A stretch of 64,000 nucleotides of DNA from assembly GCA_964550205.1 (NCBI GenBank), contig CAZJYD010000001.1, positions 11,506 through 75,505 of the forward strand, in the 5' to 3' direction. This stretch comes from an uncultured Bacteroidales bacterium (lineage in GTDB: Bacteria > Bacteroidota > Bacteroidia > Bacteroidales > JAIOZK01). The position numbers were made by a program, and so were the translations under genes. The first letter of the stretch is position 1. The number at the start of each line of letters is the position of its first letter. Below are positions 6,565 through 17,197 of the stretch, piece by piece. Below the pieces are notes generated by a model. It saw nothing but the letters and a program-made list of their open reading frames with translations. It was not told the DNA's origin and ran no database searches.

Positions 6565-9048
6565 CTATAAGGGATCTACATCAATCAATATCCTTATACT
6601 TTTAAATTCATTTATTTTTTTGAATGTTTCAATTCGCTTCTGCAATTCCTTTTTCATTTCTGAGAGTGAAACATTCCTTTCCAATTTAATAAGAATGGTT
6701 TTTATATATAAATTCTTGATCTTTGAGACGATAGGATATTCAGGGCCAAGAACACGTTTCCCGAATTTTTCTCTTAGTATGTCGGCTAAAACACGTGAGC
6801 CTTCATTTAATAACCTGGTTTCTTTGTGTTTAAGTTTTACCATTATCAATCGGTAAAAGGGTGGGTATTTGAATTTTCTTCTTTCAATAATTTCACTTTT
6901 GTACATTGATGTGTAATCATGATTTATAACATCCTGTATTATGTGATGTTGCGGATTATAAGTTTGAATTATGACTTTGCCTCTTTTACCTTTCCTCCCT
7001 GCACGTCCGCTAACTTGCGCCATAAGTTGAAAGCTTCTTTCCTGAGAGCGAAAATCAGGGTAGCTGAGCATATTGTCGGCATTGAGTATACCAACCAGAC
7101 TTACATTATCAAAATCCAGTCCTTTGGTCACCATTTGCGTACCCACCAATATATCTATTTTCCGTTGTTCGAATTCTGTGATAATCTGCTGGTATGCATG
7201 TTTTTTCCTTGTAGTGTCAAGGTCCATCCTTGTTATCCGGGGCCCAGGAAATAATATCGAAAGTTCGTCTTCTACCTTTTCTGTGCCGAATCCTTTCATC
7301 AGCAATGAAGTGTTACCGCAGGCAGGGCATTTTTCGGGTATTCTTGTTGTCCAGCCACAATAATGGCAACGAAGATGGTTATTATATTTATGATAAATTA
7401 ATGTTACATCGCAATTCTTGCATTGCGGTATATATCCGCATACCGAACATTCCAACCTTAAAGAGAAGCCCCGGCGGTTCTGGAAAAGTATTATCTGCTT
7501 ATGATTTTCAAGTACCGATTTTATATGTTCTAATAACAGGGAAGAAAAATGCGATTTCATGGTTTTGTATCGTGTTTCCTTACGAATATCGGCAATAATG
7601 ATCTCGGGTAATTTAATGTTACCGTATCGTTCAAATATTTCAACAAGCTGATATTTGCCTTGTTTGGTATTGAAGTAACTTTCCAGTGAAGGTGTTGCAG
7701 TACCCAGAATACAATTCGCATTATGCATGCTGGCAAGATAAACTGCGCTGTCACGGGCATGATAACGTGGTGCGGGATCAAATTGCTTGAATGAGTTATC
7801 ATGCTCTTCATCAACAATAACAAGACCGAGGTCATAAAAAGGTAAAAACAGTGCAGAGCGTGCACCTAAAATTATTTTATATTGATCCTTTTCATTATCT
7901 GAATTTGAATTAATTACCTTATTCCATATTTCAACTTTTTCATCTTTACTGTAACGGTGATGATACACACCTACCGAATTACCAAAATATTTTCTTAAGC
8001 GGTTGATGATCTGTGTGGTTAGTGCTATTTCGGGAAGCAGGTATAAAACCTGCCTGCCCCTTTTAATAGTTTCATGAATTAATTTGATGTATATTTCTGT
8101 TTTACCCGAAGAGGTAACACCATGCAGAAGAACCACCTTTTTTTCTTTAAATCCTGATTTTATGCTACTCATGGCCTGGTTTTGCATTTCTGTTAGATTT
8201 ATATCATCAGGAGATTTTAACTGTTCATATTCTTCAAGGCGGCTGATGGTTTTATCATAGAGTTTGAAAATATTTTTTTCAACCAGAGCATTTAACTGGG
8301 CTGAGGAAGCTTTGGAATTTTTCAAGAGTTGCGGTCTTGAAACATCTTTTTGGGTTGAAGAAAGTTGTATATAGGACATCAGTATTTGCAATTGCCTGAA
8401 TGCCCTTTTTTCCAATTGGTCATAAACCTCCTTTAGTTTTTCTTCGTTTTCGCTGTATTCATCAGTTAGTTTTACAAAGGTTTCTGTTTTTGGTTTGTAT
8501 GGATCGGTGAGCTCTTCTTCTATTTCAATAATATCTTTTTCGAGCATCGTCTTGATAAGCGGAATAACTTTCTTTAAACCGGCAATATCTGAGGCTTCCG
8601 ACAGGGTTAGCTTTTTTTTATCCTGTAAAGACTCAGCAAGTATTATTTCTCTTTCATTTAATTCTGAGAGTTTTATTATCGTGTCTTTTTTGAGTTTTAT
8701 TTTCGACTCACTGGCGAGTTTTAGTGATGAAGGTAATGCAACATTCATAACTTCACCAAGGGTGCTCATATAATATTCACTGATCCAATTCCAGAAAATC
8801 AGTTGTGGTTCATTAATAATGGGATTTATATCAAGTATGGATAGAATATATTTTACCGCATAGTTTTTTGGGGCTTTTTTATGTATTTCATAAATAACCC
8901 CGGTGTAAATTTTTTTTTTGCCGAATTGCACAACAACCCGCTGACCAATTTTTACAAGCGAATTCAATTCGTATGGAACGCGATAGGTAAAAGTACCTTT
9001 TACCGGTAAGGGTAATATTACTTCAGTAAATAAAGTAGTACGCTCCAT
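6565..9048 (-). CDS. priA: Primosomal protein N' (replication restart helicase)
   Basis: The N-terminus (EVILPLPVKGTFTYRVP) is typical of PriA. It has Walker A GVTSSGKT, VIVDEEHD, and a Cys-rich insertion CSVCGY..CKNCD...CHYCG...CPACG. Length is 827 aa. Confidence 0.92.
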   Translation of the reverse strand: MERTTLFTEVILPLPVKGTFTYRVPYELNSLVKIGQRVVVQFGKKKIYTGVIYEIHKKAPKNYAVKYILSILDINPIINEPQLIFWNWISEYYMSTLGEVMNVALPSSLKLASESKIKLKKDTIIKLSELNEREIILAESLQDKKKLTLSEASDIAGLKKVIPLIKTMLEKDIIEIEEELTDPYKPKTETFVKLTDEYSENEEKLKEVYDQLEKRAFRQLQILMSYIQLSSTQKDVSRPQLLKNSKASSAQLNALVEKNIFKLYDKTISRLEEYEQLKSPDDINLTEMQNQAMSSIKSGFKEKKVVLLHGVTSSGKTEIYIKLIHETIKRGRQVLYLLPEIALTTQIINRLRKYFGNSVGVYHHRYSKDEKVEIWNKVINSNSDNEKDQYKIILGARSALFLPFYDLGLVIVDEEHDNSFKQFDPAPRYHARDSAVYLASMHNANCILGTATPSLESYFNTKQGKYQLVEIFERYGNIKLPEIIIADIRKETRYKTMKSHFSSLLLEHIKSVLENHKQIILFQNRRGFSLRLECSVCGYIPQCKNCDVTLIYHKYNNHLRCHYCGWTTRIPEKCPACGNTSLLMKGFGTEKVEDELSILFPGPRITRMDLDTTRKKHAYQQIITEFEQRKIDILVGTQMVTKGLDFDNVSLVGILNADNMLSYPDFRSQERSFQLMAQVSGRAGRKGKRGKVIIQTYNPQHHIIQDVINHDYTSMYKSEIIERRKFKYPPFYRLIMVKLKHKETRLLNEGSRVLADILREKFGKRVLGPEYPIVSKIKNLYIKTILIKLERNVSLSEMKKELQKRIETFKKINEFKSIRILIDVDPL

Positions 9049-9113
9049 CTTTTTTTAAGGATTAATTCTAATTGTTTCTGTTATTTAAACCTGATATATT
9101 ATTTCTTAATTGA

Positions 9114-10094
9114 TTAAATAGCTAATATCCGTGACATTTCCAACAGACTTTTATTCATAGTTTGATGATGCTTAACCGCATGTTCAAAAGGAGTAAAAAC
9201 GATCTTATTACTTAGTTTTCCTACCATCACCCCTTTTTTACCTTTTAGCAAAGCCCTTACTGCTTCATAACCTAATGTGCTGGCCAGAACCCTGTCCATG
9301 CAGGTAGGGGGGCCACCCCGTTGAATATGACCCAGAACCGTTACACGTATTTCATACTGGGTATGTTTTTCTTTAATCTGTCTTGCAATATCATACGCAC
9401 CTCCGGCATCATCACCTTCAGCTACTATAATAATTCCTGAAAGTTTATTCTTTCGCCTGCTGTATCGTAGCTTATACATCAAATCATCAATATATGTTGG
9501 CGTTTCAGGCACGAGTATATCTTCAGCACCGCAGGCTATTCCGCTTCTTAAAGCAATAAAACCTGCATCACGGCCCATCACCTCTATCAGAAAAAGTCTG
9601 TTATGAGCCAATGCTGTTTCCCTGATCTTGTCAACAGCTTGAACAACATTATTTATCGCCGTATCATATCCTATGGTGAAATCTGTTCCGAAAAGATCAT
9701 TATCAATAGTTCCGGGAAGACCGATAAACGGAAAATCATATTCATTACCGAATTCCTTTGCACCGGTAAATGTGCCGTTTCCGCCAATAACAAACAGGGC
9801 ATCCAGCTTATGTTTCCGAATGTTGTTATATGCTTTTTCCCGTCCGGCTTTTGTTTTAAACTCCTCACAACGGGCTGTTTTTAAAATAGTGCCGCCCCGC
9901 TGGATAATGTTCGATACAGAAACAGTATCCATTTTACTAAATTCACCATTGATCAATCCTTCATAACCATTATAAACACCAAACACCTCAACATCATTGT
10001 TGATACATGTCCTGACTATAGCCCTTATGGCTGCGTTCATTCCCGGAGAATCACCTCCTGAAGTTAACACACCTACTTTTTTGATTTTTAACAT
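9114..10094 (-). CDS. pfkA: ATP-dependent 6-phosphofructokinase
   Basis: GVLTSGGDSPGMNAAIRAIVR, VIGGNGTFTGA, LPGTIDND, EVMGRDAGFIAL and GHIQRGG. Length is 326 aa. Confidence 0.92.
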   Translation of the reverse strand: MLKIKKVGVLTSGGDSPGMNAAIRAIVRTCINNDVEVFGVYNGYEGLINGEFSKMDTVSVSNIIQRGGTILKTARCEEFKTKAGREKAYNNIRKHKLDALFVIGGNGTFTGAKEFGNEYDFPFIGLPGTIDNDLFGTDFTIGYDTAINNVVQAVDKIRETALAHNRLFLIEVMGRDAGFIALRSGIACGAEDILVPETPTYIDDLMYKLRYSRRKNKLSGIIIVAEGDDAGGAYDIARQIKEKHTQYEIRVTVLGHIQRGGPPTCMDRVLASTLGYEAVRALLKGKKGVMVGKLSNKIVFTPFEHAVKHHQTMNKSLLEMSRILAI

Positions 10095-10261
10095 TTTGCT
10101 TCTTAGATAATTTTAAAATGATTTAATGAATAATATCAAAAATAGAAAATTTAATCTGTGATATAAAAACGAAACATCAAAAATACAGATAATGAAAATA
10201 ATTTATCGGATTAATATGTATTATAATACTGTAAATTCAATTAGTGAGTAATGGGGCAAAC

Positions 10262-11089
10262 TTAGTATATTTCCAGCTCGTATTTAAATGCAAGCTCAGT
10301 TCTTTTAAGTAATTCATGTTTGTAACTTTTTACGCTATGCAACAGCATCTTGAGTTTTTCTTTCTGTACTTTGTCTTTTATTTTATCACTATCCAGATAA
10401 TCCTTTATAAAAGCCATAGCATTTACCTGATCGTGCCATTTTCCGAGGGTTTGCTCAATTTGCTTTAAACGTTGCAATGAAACTTTCATGGAATTTGATT
10501 CCGGAATATATCCGTTAAAAATTCCTAAAAGGTATCTGATCTCCTTAAGGTAACGTCTTATTTTGTGAAGATTTTTTTCTTTATTGGTTGGAATTTTATT
10601 GAGATTTTTTATTAATTCCAGTTTTTCATCGAACAACAAACCTGCTTTTTCTTTGATTTCCTCAACAGTGTATTTGTTGATTATAGTCTCTGTTTTCTTT
10701 TGCAGTTTTTCGAGTGTTAAAAGTGAGAAAGATGAAATGTTATTAAGTAGCTCTTTATGATATTTATTCTCAAGATTTGTTAAGTAGTGTCTGTATTTTG
10801 TGAATTTAAATTGAAGTCTCTTTTCAAAGCTATCCAAAATACTTTTATGAACCTGTATATCCCTTATTTGTCCTAAAGGACTGTAAATAACTTTTAATTC
10901 TTTAAGGGTTTTCTTACTTTTTTTTGAATCCAGTAAAAACCAAAAGTAAGTATATAGAGCTCTAATTCGTTTCACACTTAACCTCAGAGCATGAATAACT
11001 TCCGGATCATTCTCCTGTTTAACCTTCTCCAGTTGATTTTCGAAAGTTTTGCGTTGTTCAATATAGTATTCCAATAGTTTGTTTTTCAT
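10262..11089 (-). CDS. CHAD domain-containing protein (stand-alone)
   Basis: All-helical, K/E-rich 275-aa protein. It has the CHAD-type signatures VIHALRLSVKRIRALYTYF near the N-terminus, KIRRYLKEIRYLLG, and LGKWHDQVN. Confidence 0.65.
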   Translation of the reverse strand: MKNKLLEYYIEQRKTFENQLEKVKQENDPEVIHALRLSVKRIRALYTYFWFLLDSKKSKKTLKELKVIYSPLGQIRDIQVHKSILDSFEKRLQFKFTKYRHYLTNLENKYHKELLNNISSFSLLTLEKLQKKTETIINKYTVEEIKEKAGLLFDEKLELIKNLNKIPTNKEKNLHKIRRYLKEIRYLLGIFNGYIPESNSMKVSLQRLKQIEQTLGKWHDQVNAMAFIKDYLDSDKIKDKVQKEKLKMLLHSVKSYKHELLKRTELAFKYELEIY

Positions 11090-11242
11090 GCCATTTGAAA
11101 GGTAATGTATTACGAAAATAAATAATTTTAGTAAATAGTGCCAAGTAGTTCATATATATTTTCGTTTTATCAATACCTAAATGATCAAAATTGTGCTATG
11201 TTTGTTATGCCCTTATATTTAAATAATCAATAACTGATTCAT

Positions 11243-13705
11243 ATGTTTACCAGAGCATCGTACCTGTTAATTATTTGTTTTTTAATCAGTTTGACAATGA
11301 ATGCACAATATTATTGTGTGAAGGGTATTGTTTTCGATGCATCCGATAACAAACCTCTTGCTTTTGTAAATATCGTTATCAATGGTGGCAAATCTGGTGG
11401 TTCAACTGATATAGATGGTAAATTTTCATTGTGTTCAAAAGATCCAATAGAAAAATTAAGATTTACATATGTTGGATATGAAACATTGATCTATGAGATT
11501 AAAGAAAGAAAACCTTATTACCGCCTGAAGTTACAGCCTACCGAATATGAACTATCCGAAGTAGAGGTTTTTCCCACAGAGAATCCTGCACACAGAATTA
11601 TCCGGAATGTTATTAATAATCGTGATATCAATGATCCTAAGATGTTGAAATCATTTTCATATACCTCATATGATAAAATGATATTTACAATTGATGATGA
11701 TTCCTTGTTTATGAAAGAAATAAGCTTGCTTGATACAACCGAAAAACGTATCAGGAAAGTGCTGGATGAGCAACACCTTTTCATGATGGAAACGGTGACC
11801 GAAAGAAAATATCTCCATCCTGAAAAAGATTATGAGAAAGTAATTGCCTCCAAAGTATCCGGACTAAAGGATCCGCTTTTTGTGTTTATGATATCTCAAA
11901 TGCAGTCAACATCTTTTTATAATGAAATGATTTCTATAATGGATAAGAGATATATCAATCCTATAAGCAAAGGAAGCCTGAAAAAATATTTATTTCTTAT
12001 TGAGGATACCGCCTATGCACAAAAAAATGATACGGTTTTTATCATTTCATACAGGCCCCGGCGAAAGACTAATTTTGAAGGAATGAAAGGTGTTTTATCA
12101 ATAAACTCAAATAAATGGGCAATACAGAATGTAATTGCTGAACCGGCTAAAGAGGGTAAAGGTGTGAATGTGAAGATACAACAGATGTATAAACAGATTA
12201 ATGACGAATATTGGTTTCCTGTGCAATTGAATACTGAAATAAGGATCAATTTTATGGAGGTTGGTGCGGATAGTAGAAATTTCAAAGTACTTGGAATAGG
12301 TAAGAGCTATATTAAAGATATAATATTGAATCCGGAGCTGGTTGCAAGTGAGTTTAAAAATGTAGAGGTTGAAGTTGCAGATGACGCATACAAGCGTGAT
12401 GATATTTACTGGGATAAATACAGAACAGATACACTTACTAACAAAGAAAAGAGAACCTATGAAGTGCTGGATAGTCTTGGACGGGAATATGATTTTGATA
12501 AGCTTACTTATCTCGCAAAAATTCTCATCACAGGAGGTATTCCCTGGGGCTTTATTGATCTGGAAATAGATAAAATACTACATTATAATGATTATGAGGG
12601 ACTGTATCTGGGAATGGGCATACAAACAAATAACAGGTGGTCGAAAATATTTAAGATTGGTGGATATTGGGGCTATGGATTTAAAGATAAAGCAGCAAAA
12701 TACGGAGGTCATATTAAGTTCAATTTATATAGTAATTGGGATTTAGAAGCCGGGGCCAGATATTTTTATGATGTAACTGAAAGCGGAGGAGTTAAGTTTC
12801 TTAAAGATGACAGGTCATTGTTAGGCCCTGAGAATTTCAGAAATCTGGTTATAAATAGAATGAATAAAACCGAATCACTGCAGCTATTACTTTCTTTTAG
12901 AATGCTTAAGCATTTTAAAATTTATGTTGATTTTAGTAACACGTTTAAAGAAGCTTATAAAGATTATCAATACGGGATTGAACAAGATAATTGTAAACAT
13001 TTTATTAATGACTACAGATTTACCGAATTGACCATGGGAACCCGTTTTGCATTCAGGGAGAAGTTCATAAAAGCCAAATCACTTAAGTTTTCGCTGGGGA
13101 CTAAATATCCTGTTGCCTGGTTTCAATATACCAGGGGATTCAATAATCTGCTTAACGGAGAGTTTGCTTATAATCGCTATGACATGAAAATTGACTATTC
13201 TTTTTATATAAAATATTTTGGCAACACAAGCCTGAGGTTGATGGTTGGTTACATAGACGGCGATTTACCTTATTGTAATCTATACAACGGCCATGGTAGT
13301 TACAGCCCTTTTATGTTTTTTGTTCCATATAGTTTTGGGACTATGCGTATGAATGAATTTTTTTCAAATAAATATCTTTCATTATATATAAGTCATAATT
13401 TTGGAAAACTCTTATTAAGAAAAGAAAGATTTGAGCCCGAGTTTGTTTTTATTACAAATTTTACAATTGGTACTTTAGATAATCCTGATAAGCATTTCAA
13501 CACGGAGATCAAAACACTTAAACAGGGATACTACGAATCAGGTATAATGATAAATAAATTATTGAAAATGCAAATTCTGAGCGTCGGAGTGGGAGCCTTG
13601 TATAGATATGGTCCTTATGGCTTTGATGATGTATGGGATAATTTCGGAGTAAAACTAACGGTGACATACCCATTCAGGATGGAGTTACCTCAGAAAAACA
13701 ATTAA
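11243..13705 (+). CDS. DUF5686-family protein with N-terminal carboxypeptidase-regulatory-like domain
   Basis: Signal peptide followed by GIVFDASDNKPLAFVNIVINGGKSGGSTDIDGKFSL (CarboxypepD_reg-like beta-sandwich). The long C-terminal region is paralogous to 1..1679. A beta-signal-like VKLTVTYPF lies 9 residues before the stop. Confidence 0.75.
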   Translation: MFTRASYLLIICFLISLTMNAQYYCVKGIVFDASDNKPLAFVNIVINGGKSGGSTDIDGKFSLCSKDPIEKLRFTYVGYETLIYEIKERKPYYRLKLQPTEYELSEVEVFPTENPAHRIIRNVINNRDINDPKMLKSFSYTSYDKMIFTIDDDSLFMKEISLLDTTEKRIRKVLDEQHLFMMETVTERKYLHPEKDYEKVIASKVSGLKDPLFVFMISQMQSTSFYNEMISIMDKRYINPISKGSLKKYLFLIEDTAYAQKNDTVFIISYRPRRKTNFEGMKGVLSINSNKWAIQNVIAEPAKEGKGVNVKIQQMYKQINDEYWFPVQLNTEIRINFMEVGADSRNFKVLGIGKSYIKDIILNPELVASEFKNVEVEVADDAYKRDDIYWDKYRTDTLTNKEKRTYEVLDSLGREYDFDKLTYLAKILITGGIPWGFIDLEIDKILHYNDYEGLYLGMGIQTNNRWSKIFKIGGYWGYGFKDKAAKYGGHIKFNLYSNWDLEAGARYFYDVTESGGVKFLKDDRSLLGPENFRNLVINRMNKTESLQLLLSFRMLKHFKIYVDFSNTFKEAYKDYQYGIEQDNCKHFINDYRFTELTMGTRFAFREKFIKAKSLKFSLGTKYPVAWFQYTRGFNNLLNGEFAYNRYDMKIDYSFYIKYFGNTSLRLMVGYIDGDLPYCNLYNGHGSYSPFMFFVPYSFGTMRMNEFFSNKYLSLYISHNFGKLLLRKERFEPEFVFITNFTIGTLDNPDKHFNTEIKTLKQGYYESGIMINKLLKMQILSVGVGALYRYGPYGFDDVWDNFGVKLTVTYPFRMELPQKNN

Positions 13706-14587
13706 TATCGGAACTACTACTAATCCGAATAAAATACCAATTGATACAAGACTTGCAGCAAATTCCCTGTCCAGATCCTCCAGCGAGGCAAATGTTAAAT
13801 TATTAAATCCAATGGGTGCGGCTGAACTTATCAGCACTATTATTCTGCTTAGTCCTTCTATATTAAAAACATAGCAAAGAAATAGACCCAAAGCAAAGCC
13901 AATTACCATGCGTATAAATATTGCAGTTAACAAGGGGAATATTCTTATTATGCGTGGTGTAAAGTATATTCCCATGGTAAGCATGAGCAATGGAATAGTT
14001 AAATCACCGATTATCTTGAAAAACTGTGAAAGAAAACCGGGAATCTGACAATCACAGGTATTTAAAATAAGAGACGCTGCAATTGCCCATATTGGAATTG
14101 AAAAGAGAAATTTTTTATAAAGAGTTTTCGAACTCTTTGTCTTTCTTCCATATTTACATGCCTGGTAATAAGTGAAAGTAAATGTTAACAGACCATTGCT
14201 AAAATCAAATATGATGAGCCTGGCAAATCCTTTATCTCCGAATGCTTCAAGGATAAATGGAAACAAAAATCCATTATTTAGTATCATTGTTCCTATTAAA
14301 AAAACACCAAATGTTGGTCTGGGCATCCTGAATAATCTGCCTGTAAAATAACTTATCAGATACATGCAGATGATTATTATGGCAGATGTTACAGGTAATA
14401 GCGCAAATTCTAACGTAAGCTCAATTTTGGAAAGCGAATTCATTATCAATCCAGGAAGTGAAACATAGAAAACGAGCTTAATAAAATCATCACCATGTTC
14501 TTTTCTGAAAATACCACGCCATCGTAATATGATTCCCACGAAGAAAATGAGTATAACAGGAAGTATTTTTGTAAGGAATTCTGCCAT
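13685..14587 (-). CDS. AEC (auxin efflux carrier) family transporter
   Basis: 300-aa polytopic membrane protein. The N-terminus (ILPVILIFFVGIILRWRGIF..E....F.KLVFYVSLPGLI) is typical of the AEC family. Its 3' end overlaps the convergent gene by 21 bp. Confidence 0.7.
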   Translation of the reverse strand: MAEFLTKILPVILIFFVGIILRWRGIFRKEHGDDFIKLVFYVSLPGLIMNSLSKIELTLEFALLPVTSAIIIICMYLISYFTGRLFRMPRPTFGVFLIGTMILNNGFLFPFILEAFGDKGFARLIIFDFSNGLLTFTFTYYQACKYGRKTKSSKTLYKKFLFSIPIWAIAASLILNTCDCQIPGFLSQFFKIIGDLTIPLLMLTMGIYFTPRIIRIFPLLTAIFIRMVIGFALGLFLCYVFNIEGLSRIIVLISSAAPIGFNNLTFASLEDLDREFAASLVSIGILFGLVVVPILIVFLR

Positions 14588-14658
14588 AATAAACCAAAGT
14601 TCTAATGAATTACTTATAAATTAAAAAACTAATTTATATGTTTTTTTATAAGCATTCT

Positions 14659-14666
14659 TATTTTTG
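14659..14666 (+). promoter_or_regulatory. Candidate -7 box (TATTTTTG) for the AI-2E transporter gene
   Basis: Matches TAnnTTTG, 15 nt upstream of the ATG at 14682. It overlaps the TTG start proposed by the ORF track, which favours 14682. Confidence 0.4.
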
Positions 14667-14681
14667 TACAAAATACATATT

Positions 14682-15779
14682 ATGTTAAAGAAATACAGCC
14701 CTTTTTTTGCCATTTTAGGAATAGTTATTTTTGGCTTCTTAGTTTGGTATTTTTGGAATATTGTTATTTATGTTATTGTTTCAGCAGTATTTTCCATTAT
14801 TGGCGGTCCTTTGGTTAGACGGCTGGAGAAGATAAAAATAGGCAAGTTCCATATTCCACGATCTTTAAGCGCATTATTAACCCTTATTGTTATAGTTGGG
14901 ATTTTTGTTGGTTTTATCTGGTTTATTGTTCCTTTGATTTCTAATCAGGCCAGGATAATTTCATCAATAGATCTTGAAGAGTTATTGGAGCATTTTAAAG
15001 GTACAATTGCAGCTATTGAGAATTTTCTTATTAAAGTTAATGTGATCACTGCCGGTGAAACTATTGAAAGTTCCATAAAGGCACAGTTGGAGTCAGTTAT
15101 TGATATGGCTACTTTTTCAACTGTTTTTAAAAATGTCTTAAGCGCAACAGGATCATTTTTAATGGGTGCATTTTCGATTTTATTTATTACTTTCTTTTTT
15201 CTCAGGGATGAAGACATGCTGCCGAATTTTTTGGTTTTATTATTACCCTCTAAATATGAGGATAAGATAAAACATGCTATGCTTCAGACCCGAAAGCTGC
15301 TCTCGAGATATTTCATTGGTTTACTGGGTGAATTATTATCAATGATGACTTTATTAACCATTGGATTGACAATTTTGGGTGTAAAAAATGCACTCATAAT
15401 CGGTTTTCTTGGAGGCTTAATGAACATTGTTCCATATTTAGGTCCTATAATTGGTGGTACAATAGGTGTTTTATTTGGTGTGACTTCTGCTTTCAGCATG
15501 GGTTTGTATGACCAGATTATATGGCTTATCCCTGGTATTATTGGGGTATTTCTCGGAGCAAACATAATTGATAATTTATTGTTGCAACCTTTTATTTATT
15601 CAAGCAGTGTAAAAGCCAGACCTATCGAAATATTTCTGGTTATCATTATGGCCGGCAGCATTGCCGGCATTCCGGGTATGATACTTGCCATACCTTCATA
15701 TACGGTATTAAGAATTGTAGCTAAGGAATTTTTAAGTCAATTCAGGTTGGTTAAGAAGCTAACCGAGAAAATGGAATAG
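14682..15779 (+). CDS. AI-2E family transporter (PerM/UPF0118)
   Basis: Eight-TM-like profile. It has the conserved C-terminal half (NIVPYLGPIIGG...LQPFIYSSSVKARPIEIFLVII) typical of UPF0118 permeases. Confidence 0.8.
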   Translation: MLKKYSPFFAILGIVIFGFLVWYFWNIVIYVIVSAVFSIIGGPLVRRLEKIKIGKFHIPRSLSALLTLIVIVGIFVGFIWFIVPLISNQARIISSIDLEELLEHFKGTIAAIENFLIKVNVITAGETIESSIKAQLESVIDMATFSTVFKNVLSATGSFLMGAFSILFITFFFLRDEDMLPNFLVLLLPSKYEDKIKHAMLQTRKLLSRYFIGLLGELLSMMTLLTIGLTILGVKNALIIGFLGGLMNIVPYLGPIIGGTIGVLFGVTSAFSMGLYDQIIWLIPGIIGVFLGANIIDNLLLQPFIYSSSVKARPIEIFLVIIMAGSIAGIPGMILAIPSYTVLRIVAKEFLSQFRLVKKLTEKME

Positions 15780-15813
15780 AATAATAAACTGTCGTATAGA
15801 TTTAACTACTAAT

Positions 15814-16377
15814 CTATACCGTCATAATATCTTTTTCTTTCTTTTCAAAAAGATCGTCAACTTTTTTAATATAATCATCGGTTAGTTCCTGTATTTTATC
15901 CTGGAGCTTTTTTACTTCGTCTTCAGGTATGCCTTCTTTTTCAAGGTCTTTAGCCATATCATTAGCACTGCGGCGTGAATTCCTGATGCTGATCTTGGTT
16001 TCTTCAGCCTCATTTTTGGCTTTTTTAACCAATTCTTTTCTTCTTTCTTCGGTTATTGCAGGTACAATAATCCTTAATATCTCACCTTCATTTTTAGGAT
16101 TAAAACCCAGATTAGCAGCCAGTATTGCTTTTTCAAGATTACCAATCTGGCTCTTATCCCAGGGGTGTACTATGATCTGACGCGGATCGGGTGTGCTGAT
16201 ATTAGCGGTTTGCTCAATAGGAGTTATCACTCCATAATAATCAACTTTTACTCCTTCAAGCATTTGAGGGCTTGCTTTACCTGCCCTTATTTTTTGGAAC
16301 TCACGCTCAATATGGTTAATGGCCTTATCCATGCTTTCTTCGGTTTCTTGCAGTATTATTTCGCTTTCTTCAGTCAT
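15814..16377 (-). CDS. frr: Ribosome recycling factor
   Basis: 187 aa with M.KA..H...EF.KIRAGKASP.MLE.V.VDYYG..TP..Q.A.IS..D.R, then ITEERRKELVK. This is a classic RRF. Confidence 0.93.
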   Translation of the reverse strand: MTEESEIILQETEESMDKAINHIEREFQKIRAGKASPQMLEGVKVDYYGVITPIEQTANISTPDPRQIIVHPWDKSQIGNLEKAILAANLGFNPKNEGEILRIIVPAITEERRKELVKKAKNEAEETKISIRNSRRSANDMAKDLEKEGIPEDEVKKLQDKIQELTDDYIKKVDDLFEKKEKDIMTV

Positions 16378-16439
16378 GACTAATAGAATTTGGTATATTA
16401 CAAAAATAAAAATATTATTGTAAATGGTAATGTTGAATG

Positions 16440-17147
16440 TTAATTGGTAACTAAGGTGCCTACTTTATCACCGTTAATTATTTTTAAAAGATTACCATTT
16501 TTATTCATGTTAAAAACCAATACAGGTATATTATTTTCTTTACATAATGTAAATGCTGTGAGGTCCATTATTTTAAGCTTGTTATTATAAGCCTCATCAA
16601 AAGTAAGATGCTTATACTTTTTTGCATTTTTATCTTTTTCCGGATCAGCAGTATATACTCCGTCGACGCGTGTTCCTTTTAACAGAACATCTGTCTTTAT
16701 TTCAGCAGCCCGCAAAGCAGAGGCAGTATCAGTTGTGAAATATGGATTTCCTGTCCCCCCGCTTATAATAACTACATTTCCATTTGTTAAATATTCAATA
16801 GCTTTCGATGAACTCATTGATTCTGTGACAGGGTCTGCAACAATTCCTGAAAGTAATTTTACCTTAAGTCCTAATTTGGTTAATGAGGATTTTAATGCAA
16901 TACCATTAATAATTGTTGCAAGCATTCCCATGTAATCTCCCTGCACTCTTTCAATGCCTTCTGGTTTATCTTGTAGCCCCCTGTAAATATTACCTCCTCC
17001 AATCACTATAGCTACCTGTATATGTTGATGGACTATTTTACTGATTTCATTGGCATAATTATCCAATACCAGCGGATCAATACCATAATTCTGATCTCCC
17101 ATAAGGGCTTCACCGCTTAACTTAAGTAGTATGCGTTTATATTTCAT
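16440..17147 (-). CDS. pyrH: UMP kinase
   Basis: YKRILLKLSGEALMG, VIGGGNIYRG, GTGNPYFTTDTAAALRA-like (GTGNPYFTTDTASALRAAE) and VDGVYTADP. Adjacent to frr as in many bacteria. Confidence 0.93.
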   Translation of the reverse strand: MKYKRILLKLSGEALMGDQNYGIDPLVLDNYANEISKIVHQHIQVAIVIGGGNIYRGLQDKPEGIERVQGDYMGMLATIINGIALKSSLTKLGLKVKLLSGIVADPVTESMSSSKAIEYLTNGNVVIISGGTGNPYFTTDTASALRAAEIKTDVLLKGTRVDGVYTADPEKDKNAKKYKHLTFDEAYNNKLKIMDLTAFTLCKENNIPVLVFNMNKNGNLLKIINGDKVGTLVTN

Positions 17148-17197
17148 CTGGTTTATTTATTAATTTAAATGAAATGATTAGGTATATGTATCATTAA

